Below are positions 1 through 9,254 of a DNA stretch of 64,000 bases, one piece after another. The notes beneath the pieces were generated by a model. The model saw nothing but the letters and a program-made list of their open reading frames with translations, did no database searches and had not been told where the DNA came from. The position numbers were made by a program, and so were the translations under genes. The DNA comes from Thermomicrobiales bacterium (GTDB lineage Bacteria > Chloroflexota > Chloroflexia > Thermomicrobiales > UBA6265), in NCBI GenBank assembly GCA_046328375.1, contig JAXLWT010000022.1, positions 20,804 to 84,803 on the forward strand, in the 5' to 3' direction. Numbering within the stretch: position 1 is the first letter of the stretch; every line of letters starts with the position of its first letter.

Positions 1-671
1 GTTCCCTCGGCAATCACCCGGCCCGCCTTGAGCAGCACGATCTGGTTCGCCAGCGCGTCGGCCTCCTCCAGGTACTGCGTGGTCAGCAGGACGGTCGAGC
101 CGCCATGCACCAGGCTGCGAATGGCCGCCCAGACTTCGCGCCGCGCCGCGGGGTCCAGCCCGGTTGTCGGCTCATCGACAAAGAGAACCGGCGGCGAGAC
201 GATCAGGCTGGCGGCCAGGTCAAGCCGGCGCCTCATGCCCCCAGAGTAGGTGCGAACCGATTGATTGGCGGCGTCACTCAACGCAAACTGCGCAAGGAGT
301 TCTTCTGCTCGTGCTCGTGCCACCCGGCCCGGCAGATGGTTGAGCCGCCCGAACATCTCCAGGTTTTCGCGCCCGGAGAGAATTTCGTCGACCGCGGCGT
401 ACTGCCCGACCAGGCCGATTCGCTCGCGTACCTGCCGCGCCTGGCGGCGCACGTCGCAGCCGGCGACTGATGCCTCGCCGGAATCCATGCGCAACAGGGT
501 GCTCAGGATGCGAACTACGGTCGTCTTCCCTGCGCCGTTCGGTCCCAGCAGTCCGCAGACAGTACCAGGCGCCACGGCCAGGTTGAACCCGTGCAACCCG
601 GCATTTATCGCGCCACCGGCGTACCGCTTGTGGACATCATGCGCCAGAATGGCGCTATGCACATGATCCAT
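1..671 (-). CDS. ABC transporter ATP-binding protein, DrrA/ABC-2 type (3' end runs off the window)
   Basis: Own translation of the minus strand from ATG at 671-669: MDHVHSAILAHDVHKRYAGG... It carries Walker A LLGPNGAGKTT, ABC signature YSGGMRRRL and Walker B LFVDEPTTGLD. It is absent from the ORF track because it is open at the window edge. Confidence 0.9.
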   Translation of the reverse strand, partial: MDHVHSAILAHDVHKRYAGGAINAGLHGFNLAVAPGTVCGLLGPNGAGKTTVVRILSTLLRMDSGEASVAGCDVRRQARQVRERIGLVGQYAAVDEILSGRENLEMFGRLNHLPGRVARARAEELLAQFALSDAANQSVRTYSGGMRRRLDLAASLIVSPPVLFVDEPTTGLDPAARREVWAAIRSLVHGGSTVLLTTQYLEEADALANQIVLLKAGRVIAEG

Positions 672-789
672 CGCCGTCCTTTCGACAAACCAGCCACCGG
701 GAATCCGTGCCTTCACGACAGAGCCGGGGAATTACGTACATGATACCGTACACTGTACGCTACTGGGAAGGTGTGCGCGTGCTGCCATC

Positions 790-1575
790 ATGAGCAAGAG
801 CCCCTCGCGCTCAACTGACCACGATCCCGCGCGTTCTCTGGCACTCCTGTGGAGATCCCACACGCGTGCCGGACGTTCCGGGCTGACCCTGGCCGCCATC
901 ATTGAAGCGGCAATTGCCATCGCGGACGCCGAGGGGTTAGAAGCCGTCTCCATGCGCCGTGTGGCAGAGCGCCTGAACGTTGGCGCGATGTCGCTCTACA
1001 CCCACGTGCCAGGCAAGGGCGAACTCACGGATCTAATGTTCGATGCGGTGGCTGGTGAGCTGTACGAGGATGTGGAAGAGCCGTCACGGCAGCCTGGAGG
1101 TTGGCAAGCAGCGCTGCGGTTCGTCGCGCGGCGAAACTGGGAACTCTTTGACCGCCACCCATGGCTGTTGAGCCTCAGCCACGCCCGGCCGGTGATGGGG
1201 CCGCACGTCTCGCGCAATTACGAAGCCGAGTTGCGCCCGCTGGATGGCATTGGCCTGACCGACATTGAGATGGACGACACCCTGGCGCTCGTGCTCTCGC
1301 ATGTGAGCAGTGTCGCCCGCACGCGGCTCCTGCAGCACTCCGCCCAGCAGGAGAGCGGCCAGACTGATCTGGAGTGGTGGGTGGCCACGGCGCCCATCCT
1401 GGAGACAGTCATGAGTGGCCAGCACTTCCCCGTGGCTGGTCGTGTCGGCCAGGCGGCTGGCATGGCGCACCAGGCGGTAACCAATCCCGAACACGCGCTG
1501 GCGTTCGGCCTGGACCGCATCCTGGACGGGATTGAGGTCCTGATAACGCGCAGAGCATCGGAGCGCAGCCAGTGA
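790..1575 (+). CDS. TetR/AcrR family transcriptional regulator
   Basis: 261 aa ORF. N-terminal HTH: LTLAAIIEAAIAIADAEGLEAVSMRRVAERLNVGAMSLYTHVPGKGEL. Divergent from the ABC ATPase. Confidence 0.85.
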   Translation: MSKSPSRSTDHDPARSLALLWRSHTRAGRSGLTLAAIIEAAIAIADAEGLEAVSMRRVAERLNVGAMSLYTHVPGKGELTDLMFDAVAGELYEDVEEPSRQPGGWQAALRFVARRNWELFDRHPWLLSLSHARPVMGPHVSRNYEAELRPLDGIGLTDIEMDDTLALVLSHVSSVARTRLLQHSAQQESGQTDLEWWVATAPILETVMSGQHFPVAGRVGQAAGMAHQAVTNPEHALAFGLDRILDGIEVLITRRASERSQ

Positions 1576-1591
1576 GCTCCGGGGAAGGTCG

Positions 1592-2371
1592 ATGCTGACC
1601 ACGGGTGAACCTGAAGCGGACGCCCTCTTGCCGGTCCTGGCGGATGGGATATCTGCCGCGCTCGAGCCGCAGCCTCGCCTGCTGGGGCTCTACCTCTATG
1701 GCTCCCTCGCCACCGCAGATTTCGTCCCCGGTGTAAGCGATATCGATCTGCTGGCAGTCACCGATGGCCCGATCACGCCACGGGTCATCGACCGCCTGCA
1801 CACGATGCACGCGGGCATCGAAACGCGCTTCCCACACTGGCATGACCGGATAGAGGTGATCTACGTACCCCGGCACGCCCTGGCCACTTTTCGCACGCAG
1901 TTCAGCGAGATTGGCGTCATCAGCCCGGGCGAACCGCTCCACATCCTCTCCGCTGGGGTTGACTGGCTCATGAACTGGCACCAGGTCCGTCACCCTGGAA
2001 AGGTCGTGACTGGTCCCTCAGCCGAGGTCTACGTTCCGGACACGACGGTCGAGGAGTACGTCACCGCCGTGCGCGATCACGCCGCTGCCTTCGCGGAGTG
2101 GATGCCGGAGATGCGTTCGGCTCGCCAGCAGTCGTACGCCGTCCTGACGCTCTGTCGTGCCCTCTTCACCGCTCGTCACGGCCACGGCACATCAAAAGCG
2201 GACGCCGCCGCCTGGCTGGCCGCCGCGCAGCCCCACCACGCGTCCCTGCTGGCGCAAGCGCTCCGCTGGCGCGAGGCCGTCCCTGATGACCCAGCCGAAT
2301 CCGACCGGGCTTATCCAGAGACGCTGCGTTTCATCCGGGAAATGCGGCAAGAAATTGCGCGTACGGTGTGA
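1592..2371 (+). CDS. Nucleotidyltransferase-domain protein, aminoglycoside adenylyltransferase (ANT/AadA)-like
   Basis: 259 aa. Pol-beta NTase motif LYLYGSLATADFVPGVSDIDLLAV, followed by a C-terminal helical domain typical of ANT(3'')/ANT(9)-like proteins. Confidence 0.7.
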   Translation: MLTTGEPEADALLPVLADGISAALEPQPRLLGLYLYGSLATADFVPGVSDIDLLAVTDGPITPRVIDRLHTMHAGIETRFPHWHDRIEVIYVPRHALATFRTQFSEIGVISPGEPLHILSAGVDWLMNWHQVRHPGKVVTGPSAEVYVPDTTVEEYVTAVRDHAAAFAEWMPEMRSARQQSYAVLTLCRALFTARHGHGTSKADAAAWLAAAQPHHASLLAQALRWREAVPDDPAESDRAYPETLRFIREMRQEIARTV

Positions 2372-2532
2372 CGACGCGTCGTGTCTACTGGCCTGGCATG
2401 GTCAGGCCAGTTGCTGCTTTCGTACGCCCGGGGAATTGCGTGGGCACCTGCCTGTGGAGGTGGTGAAAAGCCTTTGCGAGGGAGTTACACGTTCGACGAT
2501 GGTATTCTCGGATTGATCGTGAAAGGCAATGT

Positions 2533-2811
2533 ATGGTGACTAATGAACCTGACGTGATTCATATTGATCCGGATAGCGAGTTGGGTCGAGCTCTTGAAAA
2601 TAGTGAGAGAGCAGTCGTTTTGGTAAGCAAGAATAAGAGATTCATCGTTTCTCCTGGCTTGGCCACCCCTGGCTCCAGTTTCGATCCCGAACGATTTCTC
2701 CGGGTTCTTCATGATGCCGCTGGCAGCATTTCGCCGGAGGAAGCAGAGCGCTGGAAGGAACAAATCTATCGAGCGCGCGAAGAAGGCTCACGGCCAATCA
2801 CGCGTCCGTGA
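2533..2811 (+). CDS. Type II antitoxin (VapB-like partner of the downstream PIN toxin)
   Basis: 92 aa ORF directly upstream of the PIN gene with a GTGA start/stop overlap (2808-2811). The local GC is clearly lower than the flanks. Confidence 0.6.
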   Translation: MVTNEPDVIHIDPDSELGRALENSERAVVLVSKNKRFIVSPGLATPGSSFDPERFLRVLHDAAGSISPEEAERWKEQIYRAREEGSRPITRP

Positions 2812-3203
2812 AGTACCTGGTTGACAGCGATTGGCTCATCGATGCCTTTGGAGGTATCTCCAGCGCCATTCATACGTTGGCTTTGCTGCGTCGAGACGCT
2901 CCAGCAGTAAGTATCGTCTCCTATGGAGAACTCTTCGACGGCGGAGCGGCAATGCCAGACCCCGAGCGGAGAATCGCTCAACTTGCTGAATTTCTTGATG
3001 CATTCGAACTTCTCGGCCTTGATCCATCCACGATGAGAATCTTCGCGCAAATCCGAAACCAACTTCGTCTGAAGGGACAGATTATCCCGGACTTCGACAT
3101 CCTCATCGCCTCCACCGCGCTCCAGTACGACCTCACACTGCTGACGCGCAACACGCGCCACTTTGCGCGGATACCGAACCTCAGGCTGTATCTGCCGCGC
3201 TGA
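2808..3203 (+). CDS. vapC: PIN-domain ribonuclease toxin VapC
   Basis: 131 aa. Acidic PIN residues are in the expected order (LVDSD..., YGEL, DILIAST, TRNTRHF). It is translationally coupled to the upstream small ORF. Confidence 0.8.
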   Translation: MKYLVDSDWLIDAFGGISSAIHTLALLRRDAPAVSIVSYGELFDGGAAMPDPERRIAQLAEFLDAFELLGLDPSTMRIFAQIRNQLRLKGQIIPDFDILIASTALQYDLTLLTRNTRHFARIPNLRLYLPR

Positions 3204-5115
3204 TATCCTGCAGTTTCCAACCTGCCCCAAGCCACCGCTCGAACCAGGCACGAACGCGGTTCATGAGATCGATCTCGTGCTGGCGCTCGCTGAAGATGTG
3301 GTCTTCACGCGGGTAGACGACGAGTTCAGAGGGAACGTCATGTTCGCGCAGGGCCTGGGCAAGGTACTGCCCCTGGTTGAGCGGTACACGCACGTCGGCG
3401 GCGCCGTGCGGGATGAACGTCGGCGCTGAGATACGGTGCGCGTACGAGATGGGACTGGTTGCCGCGTGCTGGTGTGGGCCCGGGCCACTCCAGGGCAGGC
3501 TGCCACCCATCCCCGTAGAGAAGCTGGGGATGTCGCCAGTGGCGATCATCAGGCTCCAGTCAGTGACTCCGGCGCCCACAATCCCGCACTTGAAGCGCTC
3601 CGAGTGTCCCAGTGCCCAGGCGGTCATGTACCCGCCGTAGCTCCAGCCGCCGATCCCAAGTCGTTCCGGATCCGCCACGCCCTGCCGCACCAGCTCGTCG
3701 ATGCCGGCTTCAATATCGGCCCAGGCACCCTCACCCGGACTACCCAGGACTGATTTCGCGAACTCCGGACCACGGCCGCTGCTTCCACGCGGGTTCGGCA
3801 TGAAGACCGCGAACCCGGCCTTTGCCAACCACTGCCCCCAGAGCATCCAGTCCACAATGATGGCGTCCGGGAAACGCCAGTACGGACCGCCATGGACAGA
3901 TATCACGGTCGGGAACGGACCGTCATCACGGGTGGCGCCTGCCGGAAGCAGCAGCACGCCGTCAAGAGCGAGCCCGTCCGGCGCCAACCAGGAAAACGCC
4001 TCGTGCGGCGCCCAGTCAAGCGCGGCCAGCGTTGGGTTCAGATCACTCCGCCGTGCCCAGGGCCGGCCAGGTGCGCCAGCCCAGACATTGCCAACATCTT
4101 CCGGCGTGCGCCGAAACGCCGCCAGCAACGATCCGTCCCGGCTGGCGCTAAGTGGATAAGCATCGCCCGGAAGGCGCTGCACGACGTCCAGGGAGCCCGA
4201 AGGTACATTCACACGCCCAACCCAGGAATCGAGCCGATCCTCGACCAGGACCAGGACCTCGCCGTTGCCTGGTGTCACGAGCTGCATGGGACAGACCGTG
4301 AGATCGGGGATCAACTCCCGGAGCTCACCGCCCGACGCAGGAACGGTAAAGATGCTGACACCCGCGTGAAAACTGTGCGGCTGGGTTGCCAACACCACCA
4401 CCGTGTCGTCCGGTGCCCAGCACATGTCACCGACAGACGCAGTGTGATGGCAGAGGAGATTGGCGACCCCTGAGTCCAGGTCCACGACGAACAGATCGAC
4501 TGCGTGGAACGCGTTGTCCGTCTCGGGAGTGACCCAGGACTTGACCAGGAGACGGTTGCCGTCCGGCTCCGCCACCACGTCAACGATGTGACGATCCCCG
4601 AGGGCCTCGACCGTCGTGATGTCGCCCGAGTCAAGATCGAGCAGCCGCAGACGATGGTACTGCCAGTCTTCCCCGTAGACCTCCGCGTCATCACGCGCTT
4701 CCTTGCGCTGCTTCGCCTCGTCAGTCTCCGGGTCCGCGGCAATCAGCGCGACACGCTTCCCATCAGGGAGTGGGAGGTAGCTGGAGATGCCAGGCTCCCA
4801 GTTTGTCAGCGCCCTGGCTTCGCCGCGCTCAGGATTGATCCGGTACAGCTGGTTGACACCTCGCTTCTCCCGGTCCGACAGGAAATACAGCGTCCGGCTG
4901 TCGGGTGACCAGCGTGGCGCGTGATCCTTGGCCGTGCCTGCGGTGAGCGGAGCAGCCGCGTCACCCGGAGAAGCAAGCCAGATGCTGCCTGAGGGATGCT
5001 CGTCCGCATGCCCAGCCGGCTCAGCGGCGAACGCGATCCAGCCACGCTCCGGACTCACCTCCACGGCAGTGACAAGCAGTTGATCCGCGACCATCTCGGC
5101 GGTCAGTTCACCCAT
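3181..5115 (-). CDS. S9 family serine peptidase (prolyl oligopeptidase/acylaminoacyl-peptidase type) with N-terminal beta-propeller
   Basis: 644 aa. Nucleophile elbow GGWSYGGYMT, then HGAADVRVP and EDH for the Asp/His. The N-terminal half has WD40-like/TolB-like repeats. Confidence 0.9.
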   Translation of the reverse strand: MGELTAEMVADQLLVTAVEVSPERGWIAFAAEPAGHADEHPSGSIWLASPGDAAAPLTAGTAKDHAPRWSPDSRTLYFLSDREKRGVNQLYRINPERGEARALTNWEPGISSYLPLPDGKRVALIAADPETDEAKQRKEARDDAEVYGEDWQYHRLRLLDLDSGDITTVEALGDRHIVDVVAEPDGNRLLVKSWVTPETDNAFHAVDLFVVDLDSGVANLLCHHTASVGDMCWAPDDTVVVLATQPHSFHAGVSIFTVPASGGELRELIPDLTVCPMQLVTPGNGEVLVLVEDRLDSWVGRVNVPSGSLDVVQRLPGDAYPLSASRDGSLLAAFRRTPEDVGNVWAGAPGRPWARRSDLNPTLAALDWAPHEAFSWLAPDGLALDGVLLLPAGATRDDGPFPTVISVHGGPYWRFPDAIIVDWMLWGQWLAKAGFAVFMPNPRGSSGRGPEFAKSVLGSPGEGAWADIEAGIDELVRQGVADPERLGIGGWSYGGYMTAWALGHSERFKCGIVGAGVTDWSLMIATGDIPSFSTGMGGSLPWSGPGPHQHAATSPISYAHRISAPTFIPHGAADVRVPLNQGQYLAQALREHDVPSELVVYPREDHIFSERQHEIDLMNRVRAWFERWLGAGWKLQDISAADTA

Positions 5116-7097
5116 CAGTTGTTTCCCCCAGTGGAAGCGGCCGGGACGTGAGATCCCTGGCCAAGCCAGCGCGCAGTCCAGTCCCGGACGCGGCGCAAGA
5201 GATCGAGTTGATGTTGACGCTCCCGGATGCCATGTGGCTCACGCGGGTAGACCACCAGCTCACACGGGACGCCGCGCTCCCGCAGGGCCTGAGCCATGAG
5301 TTGGCCCTGGCTGACCGGCACCCGCGCATCGTCGGCGCCGTGCAGGATGAGCAGGGGCGTGGTGGCCTGATGGGCGAAGGAGATGGGGCTGAGCGCGGCG
5401 TGCTGGTGCGGCCCTGGGCCTTCCCAGCCTGCACTCCCGCCCAGCATACGCTCGAAGTGCGGCAGATCGCTGGTGGCGTTCATCATGCCCCAGTCGCTGA
5501 CACCAGCACCCATGATGCCCACCTTGAAGCGCGTCGTTTGCCCCACGGCCCAGGCGGTCATGAAGCCACCCTGGCTCCAGCCGCCGATTCCGAGCCGCTC
5601 TGGATCGGCGATGCCTGCGGCCACGGCGTACTCCACCCCGGCCAGGACATCGAGCCAGTCCTCCTTGCCGACTGCACCAGCGACGGTGTCCGCAAACGCG
5701 TGCCCGCGACCAGAACCGCCGCGTGGGTTTGGCAAGAGCACGGCGTACCCCGCCGTTGCCAACCACTGGCCCCAGCGCATTGGCCCGACCTGGAGCGAAT
5801 CCGCATACCGCCAGTAGGGACCGCCATGGACGAGGGTCATCAGCGGAAATGGTCCATCGTCACGCATTGCCCCGGGCGGCAGAATCAGCAGTCCCTCAAT
5901 CTCCAGGCCGTCGGGCGCGGTCCAGGTCACCCGCTCCTGGGCACCAAACGGAAGGGCCTCCAGCTCAGGGTTGGTGTTCGTGACCCGCGTCAGTGGTTCT
6001 CCAATGCGCCCGAGCCAGAGATCACTCAGGTGGTCCTGCGTGCTGCCGGCAAGCGCGATCGTCTCGCCGTCGGCGCTGACGCTGATCTGATCGATCTCAC
6101 CGGGAAAGTGTGCCAACCTGGCCAGTTTCTCCGCGTCGGCCGTTGCCGCCGCCCCATCGGCAAGTGACTCAAGCCTGGCAATCCAGCTTTCAAGGTGATC
6201 GAGGATCGGCAGGTACGGCGCACCGGCCGCGTCAGTGACAACGCAGTTTGGGCAAGCTTCGAGTTCATGCGCAAAGATCCGCGTTTCGCCGCTCGCAAGG
6301 TCGAGCGCAAAGACACCCTGGCCGCCCTGCATCCCGGGCAGGAGTTGCGCGAGGTAGAGCAACGTCGCGTCGTTGGGACCCCAGGCAAGGTCACCGCCAC
6401 CGGAGGTCAACGCAGCCACGGTGCGCGGGGCGTCATGACCCGTCAGGTCGATGAGTACGATCTCGCCGCGCTCGGTCACGTTGTCCAGTTCAGGCGTCGG
6501 CCAGACAATCGCGGCCAGCCGCTTCCCATCACTGGCGGCTGCAACCTCGACGACGTGCCGGTCTGGTAAGCCGTCAACCGTCGTGATGTCGCCAACACTG
6601 GGATCCAGCAGGCGCAGTCGCTGAAAGGGCCACTCCGCGCCGTAGACCTCGGCGTCGTCGCGCCGCTCCTTGCGCTCCTTCTGCTCCGCTGTTTCAGGGT
6701 CAATTGCCAGGAGCGCGATCCGGCCGTCGGGCAGCGGCAGGTAGTCCGCGATGCCGGGTTCCCAGTCGGTGAGCGCTTCCGCTTCGCCACCGTCCGGAGA
6801 AATGCGATGGAGCTGTGCCGTCCCCCGTTTCGCCCGATCCGACAGGAAGAAAACCGTGCGCCCGTCTGCGCTCCAGCGCGGCGCGTGATCCTCTGCCGTC
6901 CCGGCCGTGAGCTGGCGCGCAGGCTCCTCCCGGCTGGCCAGCCAGATGGCACTGGCGGGATGCTCCTCGCGCTGGCCGAATGGCGTCACCACGTACGCCG
7001 CTAGGTTCCCATCCGGGCTCAGGCGTACGCCACCCACCCGTCGCGCGTCTGCAATGGCTTCGGCCGTCAGTTCCGGCTGCGTTTCTGCTGCTGGCAT
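5115..7097 (-). CDS. S9 family serine peptidase, tandem paralog
   Basis: The ORF-track frame is 5115-7283, but the first 62 aa are Arg-rich junk that would overlap the upstream gene. ATG at 7097 gives MPAAETQPELTAEAIAD..., collinear with the paralog. GGWSQGGFMT nucleophile. ATGA overlap with the downstream paralog at 5113-5117. Confidence 0.88.
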   Translation of the reverse strand: MPAAETQPELTAEAIADARRVGGVRLSPDGNLAAYVVTPFGQREEHPASAIWLASREEPARQLTAGTAEDHAPRWSADGRTVFFLSDRAKRGTAQLHRISPDGGEAEALTDWEPGIADYLPLPDGRIALLAIDPETAEQKERKERRDDAEVYGAEWPFQRLRLLDPSVGDITTVDGLPDRHVVEVAAASDGKRLAAIVWPTPELDNVTERGEIVLIDLTGHDAPRTVAALTSGGGDLAWGPNDATLLYLAQLLPGMQGGQGVFALDLASGETRIFAHELEACPNCVVTDAAGAPYLPILDHLESWIARLESLADGAAATADAEKLARLAHFPGEIDQISVSADGETIALAGSTQDHLSDLWLGRIGEPLTRVTNTNPELEALPFGAQERVTWTAPDGLEIEGLLILPPGAMRDDGPFPLMTLVHGGPYWRYADSLQVGPMRWGQWLATAGYAVLLPNPRGGSGRGHAFADTVAGAVGKEDWLDVLAGVEYAVAAGIADPERLGIGGWSQGGFMTAWAVGQTTRFKVGIMGAGVSDWGMMNATSDLPHFERMLGGSAGWEGPGPHQHAALSPISFAHQATTPLLILHGADDARVPVSQGQLMAQALRERGVPCELVVYPREPHGIRERQHQLDLLRRVRDWTARWLGQGSHVPAASTGGNN

Positions 7098-7179
7098 GCT
7101 CTCCCCTAGCTTCGTGCTGGAGGCATTGTCGCAAGTTACGCCAGCAGCAGGGCAAACCTCGATGAGCGCACCGCGGGCG

Positions 7180-8067
7180 CTACGCCGTCTGGCGGGCCCA
7201 CGCCTCAACGCCCGCCCGCACCAGCTGCGTTCCGGACGCAATCGCCGTCTCGCCACCCTCGCCATCGGTCCAGATTGAGACAACCGCGAAGACGGCGACC
7301 TTGCCGGTGTTCATCACGGTGTTGATCGCCGCCTGCACCTGCTCCATGCTCGGCCCGTTGAACTCCACCGTGCGGTGGTTGGGAACATAGCGACCGTCGA
7401 GGATATCGGCGTCGATGTGCAGGTAGATGATGTCGCACTTCTCGGCCAGCGTATCGATAGCCTCCTGCAGATCTTCGCCTGGGAAGCCAGGCGCGGGCGC
7501 GGCAATCGTGACATCGGTCGCGCGGATCAGTTGCTCTTCAGCCGGATCGAGGTTGCGCACATCGACCATGACGATACGGTCGGTCGGCAGTGGTGTCTCC
7601 TGCTGAGAAAGCAGACGCCACTCGGGATAGGCGAGTCCGGCTGAGACGGCAACGGGCATCCCGCCGAGCATGCCAGAGAGGGTGGTGCGTGGAGTGTTGA
7701 AATCCCCGTGGGCGTCGAACCAGACCAGACCGATCTTCGCAGCCGGGCCATGCGCCTGCTGGATCCCGCCGACAATGCCAGGCACGGCGTCACAGGTGCC
7801 GCCAACCACCAGGACGGGCTTACCAGCGCGTCGACCCTCTGCCACCGCGTCCGCGATCTGGCCGCCGAAGATCCCGAGCTTGACGGTTGGCTCGTCCGCG
7901 TCGTGCCCGGCCGGGAACTGTGGCTCCGCGACCGTCGGCTCACCAAGCAGTTCGTAGACGCCAGACGCCGCGTAGTGCTCGACCGGGTCCGCCTTCGCGG
8001 ACCAGCGTTGCGCCACGTCGTAGCGGTTCTGGACGACGTGCAGGCCGGACCGTGATTGCGTGGACAT
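7180..8067 (-). CDS. Arginase/agmatinase/formiminoglutamase (ureohydrolase) family protein
   Basis: 295 aa. Metal-binding motifs VWFDAHGDFNTP and YLHIDADILD. Confidence 0.8.
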   Translation of the reverse strand: MSTQSRSGLHVVQNRYDVAQRWSAKADPVEHYAASGVYELLGEPTVAEPQFPAGHDADEPTVKLGIFGGQIADAVAEGRRAGKPVLVVGGTCDAVPGIVGGIQQAHGPAAKIGLVWFDAHGDFNTPRTTLSGMLGGMPVAVSAGLAYPEWRLLSQQETPLPTDRIVMVDVRNLDPAEEQLIRATDVTIAAPAPGFPGEDLQEAIDTLAEKCDIIYLHIDADILDGRYVPNHRTVEFNGPSMEQVQAAINTVMNTGKVAVFAVVSIWTDGEGGETAIASGTQLVRAGVEAWARQTA

Positions 8068-8174
8068 GCGTGTACCTCTGCTCCTGTTGCGTGCTGGCCG
8101 AATGCCCTATGCCGCAACTATCGCAAGAAGTGCACGTCGCTGTCAGCCGCTCACTGGCCAACGAGGAGCAAGTG

Positions 8175-9254
8175 CTACCCGCTGGCATCCCGGTCCGGCG
8201 CAATTCCATCACCGCTGCTTCCCGGCGCGACCTCGACGGCGCCGGGGAGATCTGTCTTGAAGACCCTGAATAGAAGCCAGAGTGAGGGGATGAGGATGAT
8301 GGCACCAAGGCCGTAGGTCACCAGGGCGGCGCGCAGCATCGCGGGCGTCGCGGCCGAGTTCTCGAAGGTCAGATCCGGCGCCACCAGGTACGGGTACTGG
8401 GCCAGCGCCCAACCCACAAGCAACAGGATCACTTCAGCCACCGCCGTGTACCGGGCCAGGAGAAAGCGGCGGCTATAGACCGCCCAGCCGGTGACCACGG
8501 CCAGGAAAACGCCGACCGGCACGACGATGATCGCCCTGGTGCCAGTTAACCCCTCCCAGATCTCCGGGGCATCACGTCGTGCCAGCGGCAGAGCGATCGC
8601 CGCCAGGATGGCGAAGGCCACACCCGCTCCGAGCGCACGGCGCCGGAAATCATCCTGCAGTTCACCCTCCGTCTCCACGGTGAGGTAGACCGCCGCCAGG
8701 AAAGAGCACGTGACCAGTGCCAGGAGGCCGATCACCAGGGGAAACGGCGCCAGCCAGGTCGTCCACTGGTTGCTCTGCACGACGCCGTCGGCCACCCGGA
8801 TCTGGCCCGAGGCGACTGCACCGGCGGCCATGCCGAAGAAGACGGGCGTGACCACGCTGGCGATCGCAAACACCCGGTCCCAGACGCCACCAATGACCGC
8901 CACACTGCGCGCAGGGGTACGGAACACAAAGGCCACACCGCGGAAGACGATGCCGACCAGCGCCAAGGTGAGCGGGATGAAGAGCGCCACACTCAGGGCG
9001 GCGTAGACCGGCGGGAAAACGGTGAACACGATAACGATGACAAAGATCAGCCAGACGTGGTTCGCCTCCCAGATCGGGCCGATGGCGTGGGCGATAACCT
9101 CACGCTGTTGATTGGCGCGTGGTCCCCGCGCCAGCAGGTCCCACACGCCTCCTCCGAAGTCCGCCCCACCCAGCACGGCGTAGAGGATCACGCCCAGGAG
9201 CAGGATGACGCCAAGGGCAAATTCCAGCGTCTGGACATCATCAAGCGATGGCAC
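8175..9254 (-). CDS. cydB: Cytochrome bd ubiquinol oxidase subunit II
   Basis: 359 aa polytopic protein. N-terminus LGVILYAVLGGADFGGGVWDL is typical of CydB. It overlaps the cydA stop. Confidence 0.9.
   Translation of the reverse strand: MPSLDDVQTLEFALGVILLLGVILYAVLGGADFGGGVWDLLARGPRANQQREVIAHAIGPIWEANHVWLIFVIVIVFTVFPPVYAALSVALFIPLTLALVGIVFRGVAFVFRTPARSVAVIGGVWDRVFAIASVVTPVFFGMAAGAVASGQIRVADGVVQSNQWTTWLAPFPLVIGLLALVTCSFLAAVYLTVETEGELQDDFRRRALGAGVAFAILAAIALPLARRDAPEIWEGLTGTRAIIVVPVGVFLAVVTGWAVYSRRFLLARYTAVAEVILLLVGWALAQYPYLVAPDLTFENSAATPAMLRAALVTYGLGAIILIPSLWLLFRVFKTDLPGAVEVAPGSSGDGIAPDRDASG

Noticed and set aside
7098-7283. N-terminal 62 aa extension of the second S9 peptidase in the ORF track.
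   Set aside because: The extension is Arg-rich with no similarity to the paralog, and it would overlap the arginase-family gene. The internal ATG at 7097 aligns with the paralog's N-terminus.
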